Assembly (NCBI GenBank): GCA_043807585.1 | Contig: JAZDFV010000003.1 | Span: forward strand, 1 to 61,346 | Direction of reading: 5' to 3' | DNA length: 61,346 nt | From: Candidatus Jorgensenbacteria bacterium | GTDB lineage: Bacteria; Patescibacteriota; Minisyncoccia; UBA6257; GWB1-50-10 | Shown here: positions 36,804 to 45,253 of the stretch, in pieces | How the letters are laid out: each line of letters opens with the position of its first letter | How positions within the stretch are numbered: the stretch's first letter is position 1 | Made by a program: the position numbers and the translations under genes | The notes under the pieces: generated by a model | The model's database searches: none | What the model was told of the DNA's origin: nothing | What the model saw: only the letters and a program-made list of their open reading frames with translations

Positions 36804-38966
36804 ATGGATATTCGAGAGGCACGCGTACGGGTTTCGAAGCTCCGAGCGGAGGTTGAGCGGGCTCGGTACGCCTACCACGCGCTGGACAAGGAACTTATTT
36901 CGCCGGAGGCGCTCGATTCGCTGAAGAAGGAACTCTTTGACCTCGAGCTGAAGTTTCCGGAACTCATTACACCCGACTCGCCGACCCAGCGGGTGGCGGG
37001 GAAACCGCTCGCACAGTTCCGCAAGGTGCGCCACTTCTCTCCCATGCTCTCGTTCAACGACGTGTTCAGCGAGGATGATTTCCTTGCATGGTTCCTGCGG
37101 GTGAAGAATTATCTTGGTAGGTCGCTGACTGATGTAGAAGAACTTCGGCGTAAATCCGCGCTTGCCCCGTTAGATGCGAAGCTATCTAACGGGGTGAATC
37201 CGCGTGAATCTGCGATGTTCTACTGCGAGCTCAAAATTGACGGACTTGCCATCGAGCTCATCTACGAGGACGGGATGCTGGTACAAGGGTCCACGCGCGG
37301 CGACGGCCGCATAGGCGAGGACGTTATCCAAAATCTCAAGACCATCGAAGCAATTCCTCTGCGGATCCTCGAGGCCAAGGAGGCGATCATGAACGCGCGG
37401 GAACTCGGCTTGGATTCCGAGCGTTTTGACTTCAACCCGGGGCGCCTCGTGGTGCGCGGCGAGGTGTTTTTGACCAAGCGCGAGTTTGCCCGCATCAACC
37501 GCGAGCAGGAAATGCTGGATGAGAAGGCCTATGCAAATCCGCGGAACATCGCGGCCGGTTCCATCCGGCAGCTTGACCCGAAGGTCACCGCTTCGCGGAA
37601 GCTTGACTCCTTCCAGTATGCCGTGGTGAGCGACGTCGGCCAGCGGACCCACGAAGAGGAACATCTCTACCTCCGAGCACTCGGGTTCAAAACGAATCCA
37701 TGGAATAAGCTCACGCACTCGCTCCGGGAAGCAATCGCGTTTCGCGACCACTGGGGTGCGCATCGCGAAAAACTTCCCTATGAGATAGACGGGGCGGTGG
37801 TCATTTTGAACGATAACGCGGCTTTCGCCGCCGCGGGGGTGGTGGGGAAAGCGCCGCGGGGTGCCATCGCCTACAAGTTTTCGCCGCGCGAAGCGACAAC
37901 GGTGGTGGAAAATATCGTGGTGCAGGTTGGACGCACGGGGGCCCTGACGCCTGTCGCGGTGCTCCGCCCCGTGGAGGTAGGCGGGATCACTATCACACAC
38001 GCCACGCTCCACAACTTTGATGAGGTGAAGCGTCTCGGCATCAAGATCGGTGACACGGTGGTGGTGAGCCGCGCGGGCGACGTGATTCCGCAGATAACCC
38101 AAGTGCTTCCCGAGCTCCGCACGGGAAAAGAAAAACCATTCCGTATGCCGGAGCGGTGCCCGGTGGACGGTTCCAGGGTCGTGAAGGAAGGCGCCATCAT
38201 GCGGTGCGGAAACCCGAAGTGCGCCGCCCGCCACCGCGAGGCGCTCCGCCACTTCGTGGCGCGTTCGGCGTTCGATATCCGCGGTTTGGGCGCGAAGATC
38301 GTGGACCGTTTTTTGGACGAGGGGCTCATCGGCGACGCGGCGGACATCTTCACGCTCAAAGCCGGGGACATTGCCGTTCTGGGGCGTTTTGGTGAGAAGT
38401 CGGCGGCAAACATCGTGCGGGAGGTGGCGGAGAAGAAACGGGTCGCGCTTCCGCGGTTCCTTTTTGGCCTCGGCATCCTCCATGTGGGAGAAGAGACGGC
38501 GCTCCTTCTGGCGAAGGAAATCTCAAATCTCAAATCCCAAATCTCAAAACCGACAGACATGCTAAAAGTTTTCCAGAAACTTTCCGTTGAGGATTTGCAG
38601 AACATCAAGGATATCGGGCCGAAGATGTCAGAGAGCATCTACGATTGGTTCCGCGAGCCGCGCAATGTAAAACTGCTGGAAAAATTGGAACAAGCTGGGG
38701 TGGAAATCAAAAATCAAAAATCAAAAATCAAAAATCAAAAGTTAGAAGGACTTACGTTTGTTTTGACCGGTACCCTAAGAACGATGAGCCGCGACGAGGC
38801 GAAGGAGAAAATACGCGCCTTGGGCGGCGAGGTTTCGGAATCAGTTTCCCGGAAGACGAGCTACGTGGTGGCGGGGACGGAACCGGGATTGAAGTACGAG
38901 AGGGCGAAGACCTTTGGCATCCCGACGCTCGACGAGGCGGCTTTCGTGAAACTCCTCAAGGGGTGA
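36804..38966 (+). CDS. ligA: NAD-dependent DNA ligase
   Basis: ELKIDG, STRGDG, BRCT FVLTG; three in-frame repeat insertions. Confidence 0.97.
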   Translation: MDIREARVRVSKLRAEVERARYAYHALDKELISPEALDSLKKELFDLELKFPELITPDSPTQRVAGKPLAQFRKVRHFSPMLSFNDVFSEDDFLAWFLRVKNYLGRSLTDVEELRRKSALAPLDAKLSNGVNPRESAMFYCELKIDGLAIELIYEDGMLVQGSTRGDGRIGEDVIQNLKTIEAIPLRILEAKEAIMNARELGLDSERFDFNPGRLVVRGEVFLTKREFARINREQEMLDEKAYANPRNIAAGSIRQLDPKVTASRKLDSFQYAVVSDVGQRTHEEEHLYLRALGFKTNPWNKLTHSLREAIAFRDHWGAHREKLPYEIDGAVVILNDNAAFAAAGVVGKAPRGAIAYKFSPREATTVVENIVVQVGRTGALTPVAVLRPVEVGGITITHATLHNFDEVKRLGIKIGDTVVVSRAGDVIPQITQVLPELRTGKEKPFRMPERCPVDGSRVVKEGAIMRCGNPKCAARHREALRHFVARSAFDIRGLGAKIVDRFLDEGLIGDAADIFTLKAGDIAVLGRFGEKSAANIVREVAEKKRVALPRFLFGLGILHVGEETALLLAKEISNLKSQISKPTDMLKVFQKLSVEDLQNIKDIGPKMSESIYDWFREPRNVKLLEKLEQAGVEIKNQKSKIKNQKLEGLTFVLTGTLRTMSRDEAKEKIRALGGEVSESVSRKTSYVVAGTEPGLKYERAKTFGIPTLDEAAFVKLLKG

Positions 38967-39015
38967 CCCCTCGCCATTTTGTTCAAAGGGTGAGGGGCGG
39001 GGTATACTGAAGCCA

Positions 39016-39330
39016 ATGCTTTCCGAAAAGGACGTCACGCACCTCGCGGAGCTTGCGCGCATAGCGCTCGCTCCAGAGGAGAAAAAATCCCTCCTCAAGG
39101 ACCTTGGGGGAATCCTCGCATACTTTGAGGAACTGAAGGCCGTTGATACCGAGGGAGTTCGGCCCATTGCTGGCGGCACGAGCTCCATGAACGTGGTGCG
39201 TGAGGATACGGGAAGCGAGCCGATCCCGAACGGCCTCGCCGTGGAGGCGTTCCCAGAGGCGGAGAACGGTTTTCTGAAAGTTCCGCCGGTATTTTCCGCC
39301 GAAGGCGGATCCGCCTCAGGCGGAGAATAA
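39016..39330 (+). CDS. gatC: Asp/Glu-tRNA amidotransferase subunit C
   Basis: HLAELARI, NVVRED, FLKVP. Confidence 0.9.
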   Translation: MLSEKDVTHLAELARIALAPEEKKSLLKDLGGILAYFEELKAVDTEGVRPIAGGTSSMNVVREDTGSEPIPNGLAVEAFPEAENGFLKVPPVFSAEGGSASGGE

Positions 39331-39332
39331 TA

Positions 39333-40793
39333 ATGGAATTAAGAAATCTCTCCATCGCAGGTATCCGCCGGGGGCTCGCCGAGAAGCGCTTTTCTGCGGT
39401 TGAGCTCGCGGAAGAATTTCTGGGCTGGGCGGAGACGCACGACCGCGAAATCCACGCGTACCTCTCGCTTGCTCGAGAGCATGCTCTCGCCTCCGCCAGG
39501 GCGGTGGATGAAAAAATTGCCACCGGCGCGCCGCTCCCGCCGCTCGCAGGGGTTCCGGTGGCGCTCAAGGACAATCTGCTCGTGGAGGGCGGCGTGACCA
39601 CGGCCGCGTCGAAGATACTGGAACACTACGTGGGGAGCTACGATGCGACGGCTGTGAGGAAGCTCAAGGATGCGGGCGCGGTGCTCCTCGGTAAGACCAA
39701 CATGGATGAGTTCGCGATGGGCTCTTCCACGGAACACTCCGCGTTTGGCGTAACGCGGAACCCGTACGATCTCTCGCGGGTGCCCGGCGGCTCCTCCGGC
39801 GGCTCCGCGGCGGCGGTCGCGGCGGGGATGGCGGCGGCGGCGCTGGGTTCCGACACGAGCGGCTCCGTATGCTTGCCCGCGGCGTTCTGCGGCATCGTGG
39901 GTCTCCGGCCTTCCTATGGTGCGGTCTCGCGCTTCGGCCTGATCGCCATGGCATCCAGTTTGGACCAGATCGGCCCGCTCGCGAAGACGGCGGAGGACGC
40001 GGCGCTGGTTTTCGGTGCCATCCGCGGGAGGGATCCCTTGGATGCCACGAGTGTTGAGTTCGAGCCATCAGGTGATCCGGTACCGCCCGGGGAGGCGAAA
40101 AAGTTGAAGGTGGGTATCCCCAAGGAATTCTTCGTGGAGGGGATTTCCCCCGAAGTGTCTCGCGGCCTCGAGGTGGCGATGGCAAAACTCAAATCGCTCG
40201 GCTTCACATTCAAGGAAATCAGCTTGCCGCACGCGAGGTACGCCCTCGCTGTCTACTACATCATCATGCCCGCGGAAGTTTCCGCGAACCTCGCGCGCTT
40301 CGATGGTATTAGATACGAAAGAACCAACAACCAACAACCGACAACTGACAACTTATTAAAGGATCTTTACTTCAAAACCCGCGGTGAAGGATTCGGCGCG
40401 GAGGCGCGGCGGCGCATCCTCCTCGGAACCTACGTGCTCTCCGCCGGCTACTACGATGCGTACTACGCGAAGGCGCAGAGAGTGCGGCGGCTCATCACCG
40501 AGGACTTCGAGCGGGCGTTCGATCGCGCGGGCGGCGGCGTGGATGTCATCTTTGCGCCAGTGGCGCCGACCACCGCGTTCAAGCTCGGGGAAAAGATTGC
40601 TGACCCGCTCGCCATGTACCTCTCGGACATTTTTACGACGCAGACGAACCTCGCCGGCGTTCCCGCGCTCTCCATGCCGGTGGACGGCTACCGGCCGGAG
40701 CGTACGGAACTTCCCATAGGATTCCAGCTTATCGGGAAGCGGTTCCACGAGGAGGAACTGTTCGCCGCGGGCCGCTTGTACGAGGAAGGGTAG
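39333..40793 (+). CDS. gatA: Asp/Glu-tRNA amidotransferase subunit A
   Basis: GKTNMDEFAMGSS, PGGSSGGSAAA, RRILLGTYVLSAGYY. Confidence 0.97.
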   Translation: MELRNLSIAGIRRGLAEKRFSAVELAEEFLGWAETHDREIHAYLSLAREHALASARAVDEKIATGAPLPPLAGVPVALKDNLLVEGGVTTAASKILEHYVGSYDATAVRKLKDAGAVLLGKTNMDEFAMGSSTEHSAFGVTRNPYDLSRVPGGSSGGSAAAVAAGMAAAALGSDTSGSVCLPAAFCGIVGLRPSYGAVSRFGLIAMASSLDQIGPLAKTAEDAALVFGAIRGRDPLDATSVEFEPSGDPVPPGEAKKLKVGIPKEFFVEGISPEVSRGLEVAMAKLKSLGFTFKEISLPHARYALAVYYIIMPAEVSANLARFDGIRYERTNNQQPTTDNLLKDLYFKTRGEGFGAEARRRILLGTYVLSAGYYDAYYAKAQRVRRLITEDFERAFDRAGGGVDVIFAPVAPTTAFKLGEKIADPLAMYLSDIFTTQTNLAGVPALSMPVDGYRPERTELPIGFQLIGKRFHEEELFAAGRLYEEG

Positions 40794-40860
40794 GGTGGTA
40801 CAACGAAGGCAGCGCTTGAGAAGGGTATTTTTACATCCACTTTTGAGAAAGGAGGGATAC

Positions 40861-41016
40861 ATGACTGCTCCGCAAAATCTGCCGCCCGAGGTTTGTACGG
40901 ATCACCATGACCACAAAGCTAATGGCGAACGCCAATGTCTATGGTGTCATGAATGGATCAGGGCTTCGTGGCCATTTTACAGTCACGAACAAAATTGCCC
41001 CTCGCGGCCGAAGTGA
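40861..41016 (+). CDS. 51-aa Cys/His-rich putative zinc-binding peptide
   Basis: AAGGAGG RBS; C..HH, CLWC, H...C. Confidence 0.6.
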   Translation: MTAPQNLPPEVCTDHHDHKANGERQCLWCHEWIRASWPFYSHEQNCPSRPK

Positions 41017-41073
41017 AGCGGTAGCCGCGGGCGCTCCACGCGAACGCCGCCCCAATATTCTAGGGCGGCGTTT

Positions 41074-41757
41074 TTATGTTTTGAGGATCGTTTCGGCGCG
41101 TGCGAGGTCCCCCGGTGTCCCGATGGGGATCCAGAGCTTTGTTTCCACCACTTCTATCGGATGTTCACGGGCCATGGCGCCCAAGGCAGTCGCGAAGTAG
41201 TACTCGCCGTTTGCGGGGTGGGGGACGGGTGGATAGTTGAAGATGTCAGGAGTGATCATATGGGTGGCGGTGGTGACGAGGTTGGAGCGCGGCGCCGCAG
41301 GCTTTTCTTCAATTTCCCTGATGGTGCCGTCGGCGTTCAAAGTGATAACCCCGAAACGTTCAGGGTGTTCTGCGTGCGACGCGACGATGGCGAGCGGGCG
41401 CGAGAGACATTCGGCAATTGAAGCGGCATCAGTGAGGTCATCCGAGTAGAGGAACGCGAATGCGTCATTTTTGGAGAGGTAGGGCTTGCAAAGCTCAAGC
41501 GCGTGGTAGGTGCCTTTCCGCTCCGTTTGCGCGACGTAGGTGACCGGCCGGCCGAGGAACTCCGGGCCGCAGTATTCCTTTATCTGGTCTCCCCGGTAGC
41601 CGGTAACGATGATGAGTTCGACCACGCTCGGCGGGAGAGCTTCTACAATGTGTCGCAGTAAAGGTTTCCCTAGGAGTGGGACAAGTGATTTGGGGGTCGT
41701 GAGTGTCAGAGGCCGCATGCGGACCCCTTCCCCAGCGGCGAGGATGACGGCTTTCAT
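41074..41757 (-). CDS. Sugar-phosphate nucleotidyltransferase (RfbA/GalU-like)
   Basis: KAVILAAGEGVRMRPLT..PK. Confidence 0.9.
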   Translation of the reverse strand: MKAVILAAGEGVRMRPLTLTTPKSLVPLLGKPLLRHIVEALPPSVVELIIVTGYRGDQIKEYCGPEFLGRPVTYVAQTERKGTYHALELCKPYLSKNDAFAFLYSDDLTDAASIAECLSRPLAIVASHAEHPERFGVITLNADGTIREIEEKPAAPRSNLVTTATHMITPDIFNYPPVPHPANGEYYFATALGAMAREHPIEVVETKLWIPIGTPGDLARAETILKT

Positions 41758-42023
41758 ATAGACGCTGATTTACGCTGATTATTGGACGCTGATTTACGCT
41801 GATATTTAAGACGCGGATTTATGCGGATTGGAACGGATTTATACGGATGTTATCAGTTATTAGCTCGGTGATCTCTAACGGGATTCATGGTGCGCTTGAA
41901 TAATAAAAGAGACACCTGGAATTACAAGGCGTCCCCATTTTTTTGCGGGCCGGCCCTCCTTCGTCCTGAGCCGCGTCGAAGGACTGCGGACGGGCAGGCT
42001 GGATTTGTGTCGGCTTTTTCAGG

Positions 42024-42097
42024 CGCGGTGGACGGGATTTGAACCCGTGATCTTCTCCGTGACAGGGAGACGCTTTGCCAGGCTAAGCTACCACCGC
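42024..42097 (-). tRNA. tRNA-Asp(GTC)
   Basis: Manual cloverleaf; anticodon at 42061-42063. Confidence 0.92.
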
Positions 42098-42132
42098 TCG
42101 TTTAAAAATCCTATATTTTCTTGGGAGATAAA

Positions 42133-42678
42133 TCAAGTTTTGTAACCGGGTTTTCGTTTCGGGTACGCCACAATAATTCTCCGTTTCCATCCTATGAGGA
42201 ACTTTTTCACCGAAGCGCGGCGCGCGATGCCCGAACGGGTTTTTGAATCGGGGTCAAGATAGAGGACCACCCCTTTCCCGATGCCGGTGATTGCCACCAG
42301 ATGCCCGTGGCGTTTTGGGTCGAGATTTCCGTAGATTGAGGCGAGCACCGGTCCGCGCCGCAATTCTTTTTTCAGTTTCGGGAACGCGCGCGTTGGCGTG
42401 AGTTTTGCCCAGTCATAATTTTGTCCCGCGAGCCCGAAATGTTTTGCAACCATTGCGAGGCCACGGTGCGACCATCCCACACTTCTTATATACGCGCCGC
42501 GATTGTGGGCGAGCCGAACGAGCGAAGGAATGGTGGGTGGCATGCGGCGGATGGCTCCTTCGCGGTGCCAAAAATCCAGGACCATTTTGAGCGCTACAAT
42601 GCCACAGCTTCGGGACCGCCAGAAGCGGTTTTTGACGTCAAAACGTTGGGAGAGGGCAGTGACCGCGTAATGCATCAA
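42133..42678 (-). CDS. Peptidase C39-like protein
   Basis: SCGIVALKM, GHLVAITG, DP motifs. Confidence 0.75.
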   Translation of the reverse strand: MMHYAVTALSQRFDVKNRFWRSRSCGIVALKMVLDFWHREGAIRRMPPTIPSLVRLAHNRGAYIRSVGWSHRGLAMVAKHFGLAGQNYDWAKLTPTRAFPKLKKELRRGPVLASIYGNLDPKRHGHLVAITGIGKGVVLYLDPDSKTRSGIARRASVKKFLIGWKRRIIVAYPKRKPGYKT

Positions 42679-43118
42679 AAGCGTTTCACCATGACGATGT
42701 GGTCGTGCGGTTCTGCGGTGAATACTGTAAGACCTTGTATGGTGACGCCGCCAAGTTTATGGCGAGAATGAATAATCTCGCCATTTCCGAGATAAAGTCC
42801 CACGTGGCCGATGGTCATTTGGCGTCCGCCGAAGAGGTCGTCGTCATAATGTCCCTTTCTCCCGCGCGCGAAGAGAACGTCGCCCGTTTCAAGATTTGAG
42901 AAGTCGTGTGCCAGAGCGATTTCTTTTCCTTGCGGATCCGCGGCTTGAAGGATGGATGAACGGGGGAGCTCGATGCCAATCTGCTTGAAAACGTATTGGA
43001 CGAACGATGAGCAATCAAAGAAGTTCGGTGCCTCCTCCGGCGCGGCGCCGTATTTGTAGGGCCTCCCGACCAGACCTTTCGCCAATGCGACGAGTTTTGT
43101 TTTTTGTGCCCCCGTCAT
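42675..43118 (-). CDS. NlpC/P60 family protein
   Basis: PYKYG, FDCSSFV, GHVGLYLG, IIHS. Confidence 0.9.
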   Translation of the reverse strand: MTGAQKTKLVALAKGLVGRPYKYGAAPEEAPNFFDCSSFVQYVFKQIGIELPRSSILQAADPQGKEIALAHDFSNLETGDVLFARGRKGHYDDDLFGGRQMTIGHVGLYLGNGEIIHSRHKLGGVTIQGLTVFTAEPHDHIVMVKRF

Positions 43119-43237
43119 TTTTTGTGGCTGGGGTGGGATTCAAACCCCATTTAAAAAACGGTTATGGTGGCCAGAACCAGAGCATAGCACGGTTCAGGCC
43201 TACCATGAACCGTATTGCCAAAGGCAATTCTGGTTCA

Positions 43238-43312
43238 TGGTGGCTGGGGTGAGAATCGGACTCACAACCTGACGCTTATGAAACGTCTGCTCTACCATTG
43301 AGCTACCCAGCC
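43238..43312 (-). tRNA. tRNA with CAT anticodon, probably elongator Met; CCA encoded
   Basis: Manual cloverleaf starting GGCTGGG; Ile2 not excluded. Confidence 0.85.
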
Positions 43313-43386
43313 GTCAAAATCACTGTATCGTACAATTAAATTACGTTCAAGATTTGATTTTTACCGGTATGTTGCTAACATAAGAA

Positions 43387-43459
43387 CGCGGGGTAGTGTA
43401 ACGGCCGCACGTGAGGCCCATAACCTCAAGGCTAGCGGGTTCGACTCCCGCCCCCGCAA
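43387..43459 (+). tRNA. Initiator tRNA-fMet(CAT)
   Basis: CGCGGGG start with C1:A72 mismatch; anticodon stem has AGG rather than GGG. Confidence 0.85.
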
Positions 43460-43462
43460 CAC

Positions 43463-43680
43463 TTCGACTCGCTATGCTCGCTCAGTGCAAGCACCCTCAG
43501 CAGAAGCAGCGAGGAGAAGTGGGCTGAGTTTATCGAAGCCCTTTCGACTCGCTATGCTCGCTCAGTGCAAGCACCCTCAGCAGAAGCAGCGAGGAGAAGT
43601 GGGCTGAGCCGTTCGGCCCCGAGGAGTTCGGCTGAGGCTCACTCGAAGTCCTCACGGCCGAGGGGTTTATCGAAGCCCCT
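43463..43680. repeat. REP-like array: two 66-bp direct repeats (80-bp period) plus palindromes
   Basis: 43463-43528 = 43543-43608. Confidence 0.85.
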
Positions 43681-43686
43681 TCAACT

Positions 43687-43941
43687 ATGTGGCATGTTTA
43701 TCTACTGCTCTGCAGGAACGATAGTATCTATACTGGCGTCACAGACGACGTTAATGCGAGATTCAAGCGACACAGAGCGGGAACGGGCGGTGGGCACACC
43801 CACTCATACCCAGCAATCAGATTGCTACGCACGGAAGAGTTTCAAACCAAGGAGGAAGCACTAAAGCAGGAAAGGCAAATTAAGGGGTGGCGGCGCGAGA
43901 AAAAGCTTAATTTAGTCGAATTTGGGAGACCTATGGTGTAG
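43687..43941 (+). CDS. Small GIY-YIG nuclease
   Basis: WHVYLL...SIYTGVT...R...H; A.K.E.QIKGW.REKK. Confidence 0.9.
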   Translation: MWHVYLLLCRNDSIYTGVTDDVNARFKRHRAGTGGGHTHSYPAIRLLRTEEFQTKEEALKQERQIKGWRREKKLNLVEFGRPMV

Positions 43942-43983
43942 AACAAATTTGCGCGGCGTTAGCACCACGCGAAAAGATATAAT

Positions 43984-45018
43984 ATGCCTGATGTGAAAAA
44001 AATAAGAGAGCGTGCCCTTGAGGCGCTGAAGAGCGTTTCCGATGCCGAGACGCTTGAGGGAGTTCGGGTGAAATATTTGGGGCGGAAGGGCGAGCTCACG
44101 GGGCTCCTCCGGGCCCTCAAAGACCTGCCAGTCGCCGAGCGGAAGCGGGTCGGTTCCGCGGCAAATGCGCTGCGGCGCGAGCTTGAATCTCTCGTAGACG
44201 GCAAGAAGGCGGAATTGGGGGGCAATGAGGGAAGCGGGGTTCATCTTGATGTGACGAAGCCGGGCGAGAAGCTCCACCGCGGCCACCTCCATCCGCTCAC
44301 GAAGATAGACCGGGAGATACGGGAGATCTTCCGCTCCATGAATTTCTCCGTCGTGGAGGGGCCGGAGGTGGAAACCGCCTACTACAATTTCGATGCGCTG
44401 AACATTCCCGCGGACCATCCGGCGCGGGATATGTGGGACACGCTCTGGTTAAACCCGACCAACGACCAACGACTAACGACAAATAACAAGAACGGTCGTA
44501 AGTTGTCAGTTGAAAGTCGTAAGTTATTGTTGCGGACGCATACCAGTCCGGTGCAGGTCCGTTACATGGAGACCCATGAGCCGCCGTTCCAGATCGTGGT
44601 GCCGGGACGGGTGTTCCGCTACGAGGCGACCGACGCTTCCCACGAGATCAATTTTTACCAGCTGGAGGGTCTCATGGTGGGAACGGACGTCTCGCTCGCG
44701 AACTTCAAGTTCGTGGTGGAGGAGTTCTTCCGAAAGCTCTTCGGGAAGGGTTTGGAGTTCCGGTTCCGGCCCGGCTACTTCCCATTTGTGGAGCCGGGGC
44801 TGGAGGTGGACATCCGTTTCCAGAAAGGCAAGTGGCTCGAGGTGATGGGTGCGGGGATGGTCCATCGGAACGTATTTGACGCGGTGCGCTATAACCCCGA
44901 CGCGGTCCAGGGATTCGCCTTCGGCATGGGCATCGACCGCCTCGCCATGATCAAGTACAAGGTTCCCGACATCCGTTTTTTCTACTCCGGCGATCTCCGC
45001 TTTGTGCGGCAATTTTGA
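43984..45018 (+). CDS. pheS: Phenylalanyl-tRNA synthetase alpha
   Basis: HPARDMWDT, LLRTHTSPVQ, FPFVEP, GFAFGMG. Confidence 0.97.
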   Translation: MPDVKKIRERALEALKSVSDAETLEGVRVKYLGRKGELTGLLRALKDLPVAERKRVGSAANALRRELESLVDGKKAELGGNEGSGVHLDVTKPGEKLHRGHLHPLTKIDREIREIFRSMNFSVVEGPEVETAYYNFDALNIPADHPARDMWDTLWLNPTNDQRLTTNNKNGRKLSVESRKLLLRTHTSPVQVRYMETHEPPFQIVVPGRVFRYEATDASHEINFYQLEGLMVGTDVSLANFKFVVEEFFRKLFGKGLEFRFRPGYFPFVEPGLEVDIRFQKGKWLEVMGAGMVHRNVFDAVRYNPDAVQGFAFGMGIDRLAMIKYKVPDIRFFYSGDLRFVRQF

Positions 45019-45253
45019 AGGGCTTGGTATGAATTTTCAAGACAGAGTCGCAGAAAATTTATTTACCAAACCTTCACCCCGTTAGATAGCGGTAACAATA
45101 TGAAATTTCAATGCAAAAATGGAGTATTAGGGATAACAATCGTCGAACCACTCCGAGCGGGTCTGTCCGCATCTAACGGGGTGGACATTCGGCTGAGCTC
45201 AGTCGAAGCCCTCGGTTTTATAGTCACTCGCTGTGCTCGCGAATAAAAACGGC

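Noticed and set aside
36804-45018. Alternative genetic code (TGA=Gly, as in some CPR)
   Set aside because: ligA, pheS and others terminate at TGA at the expected lengths.
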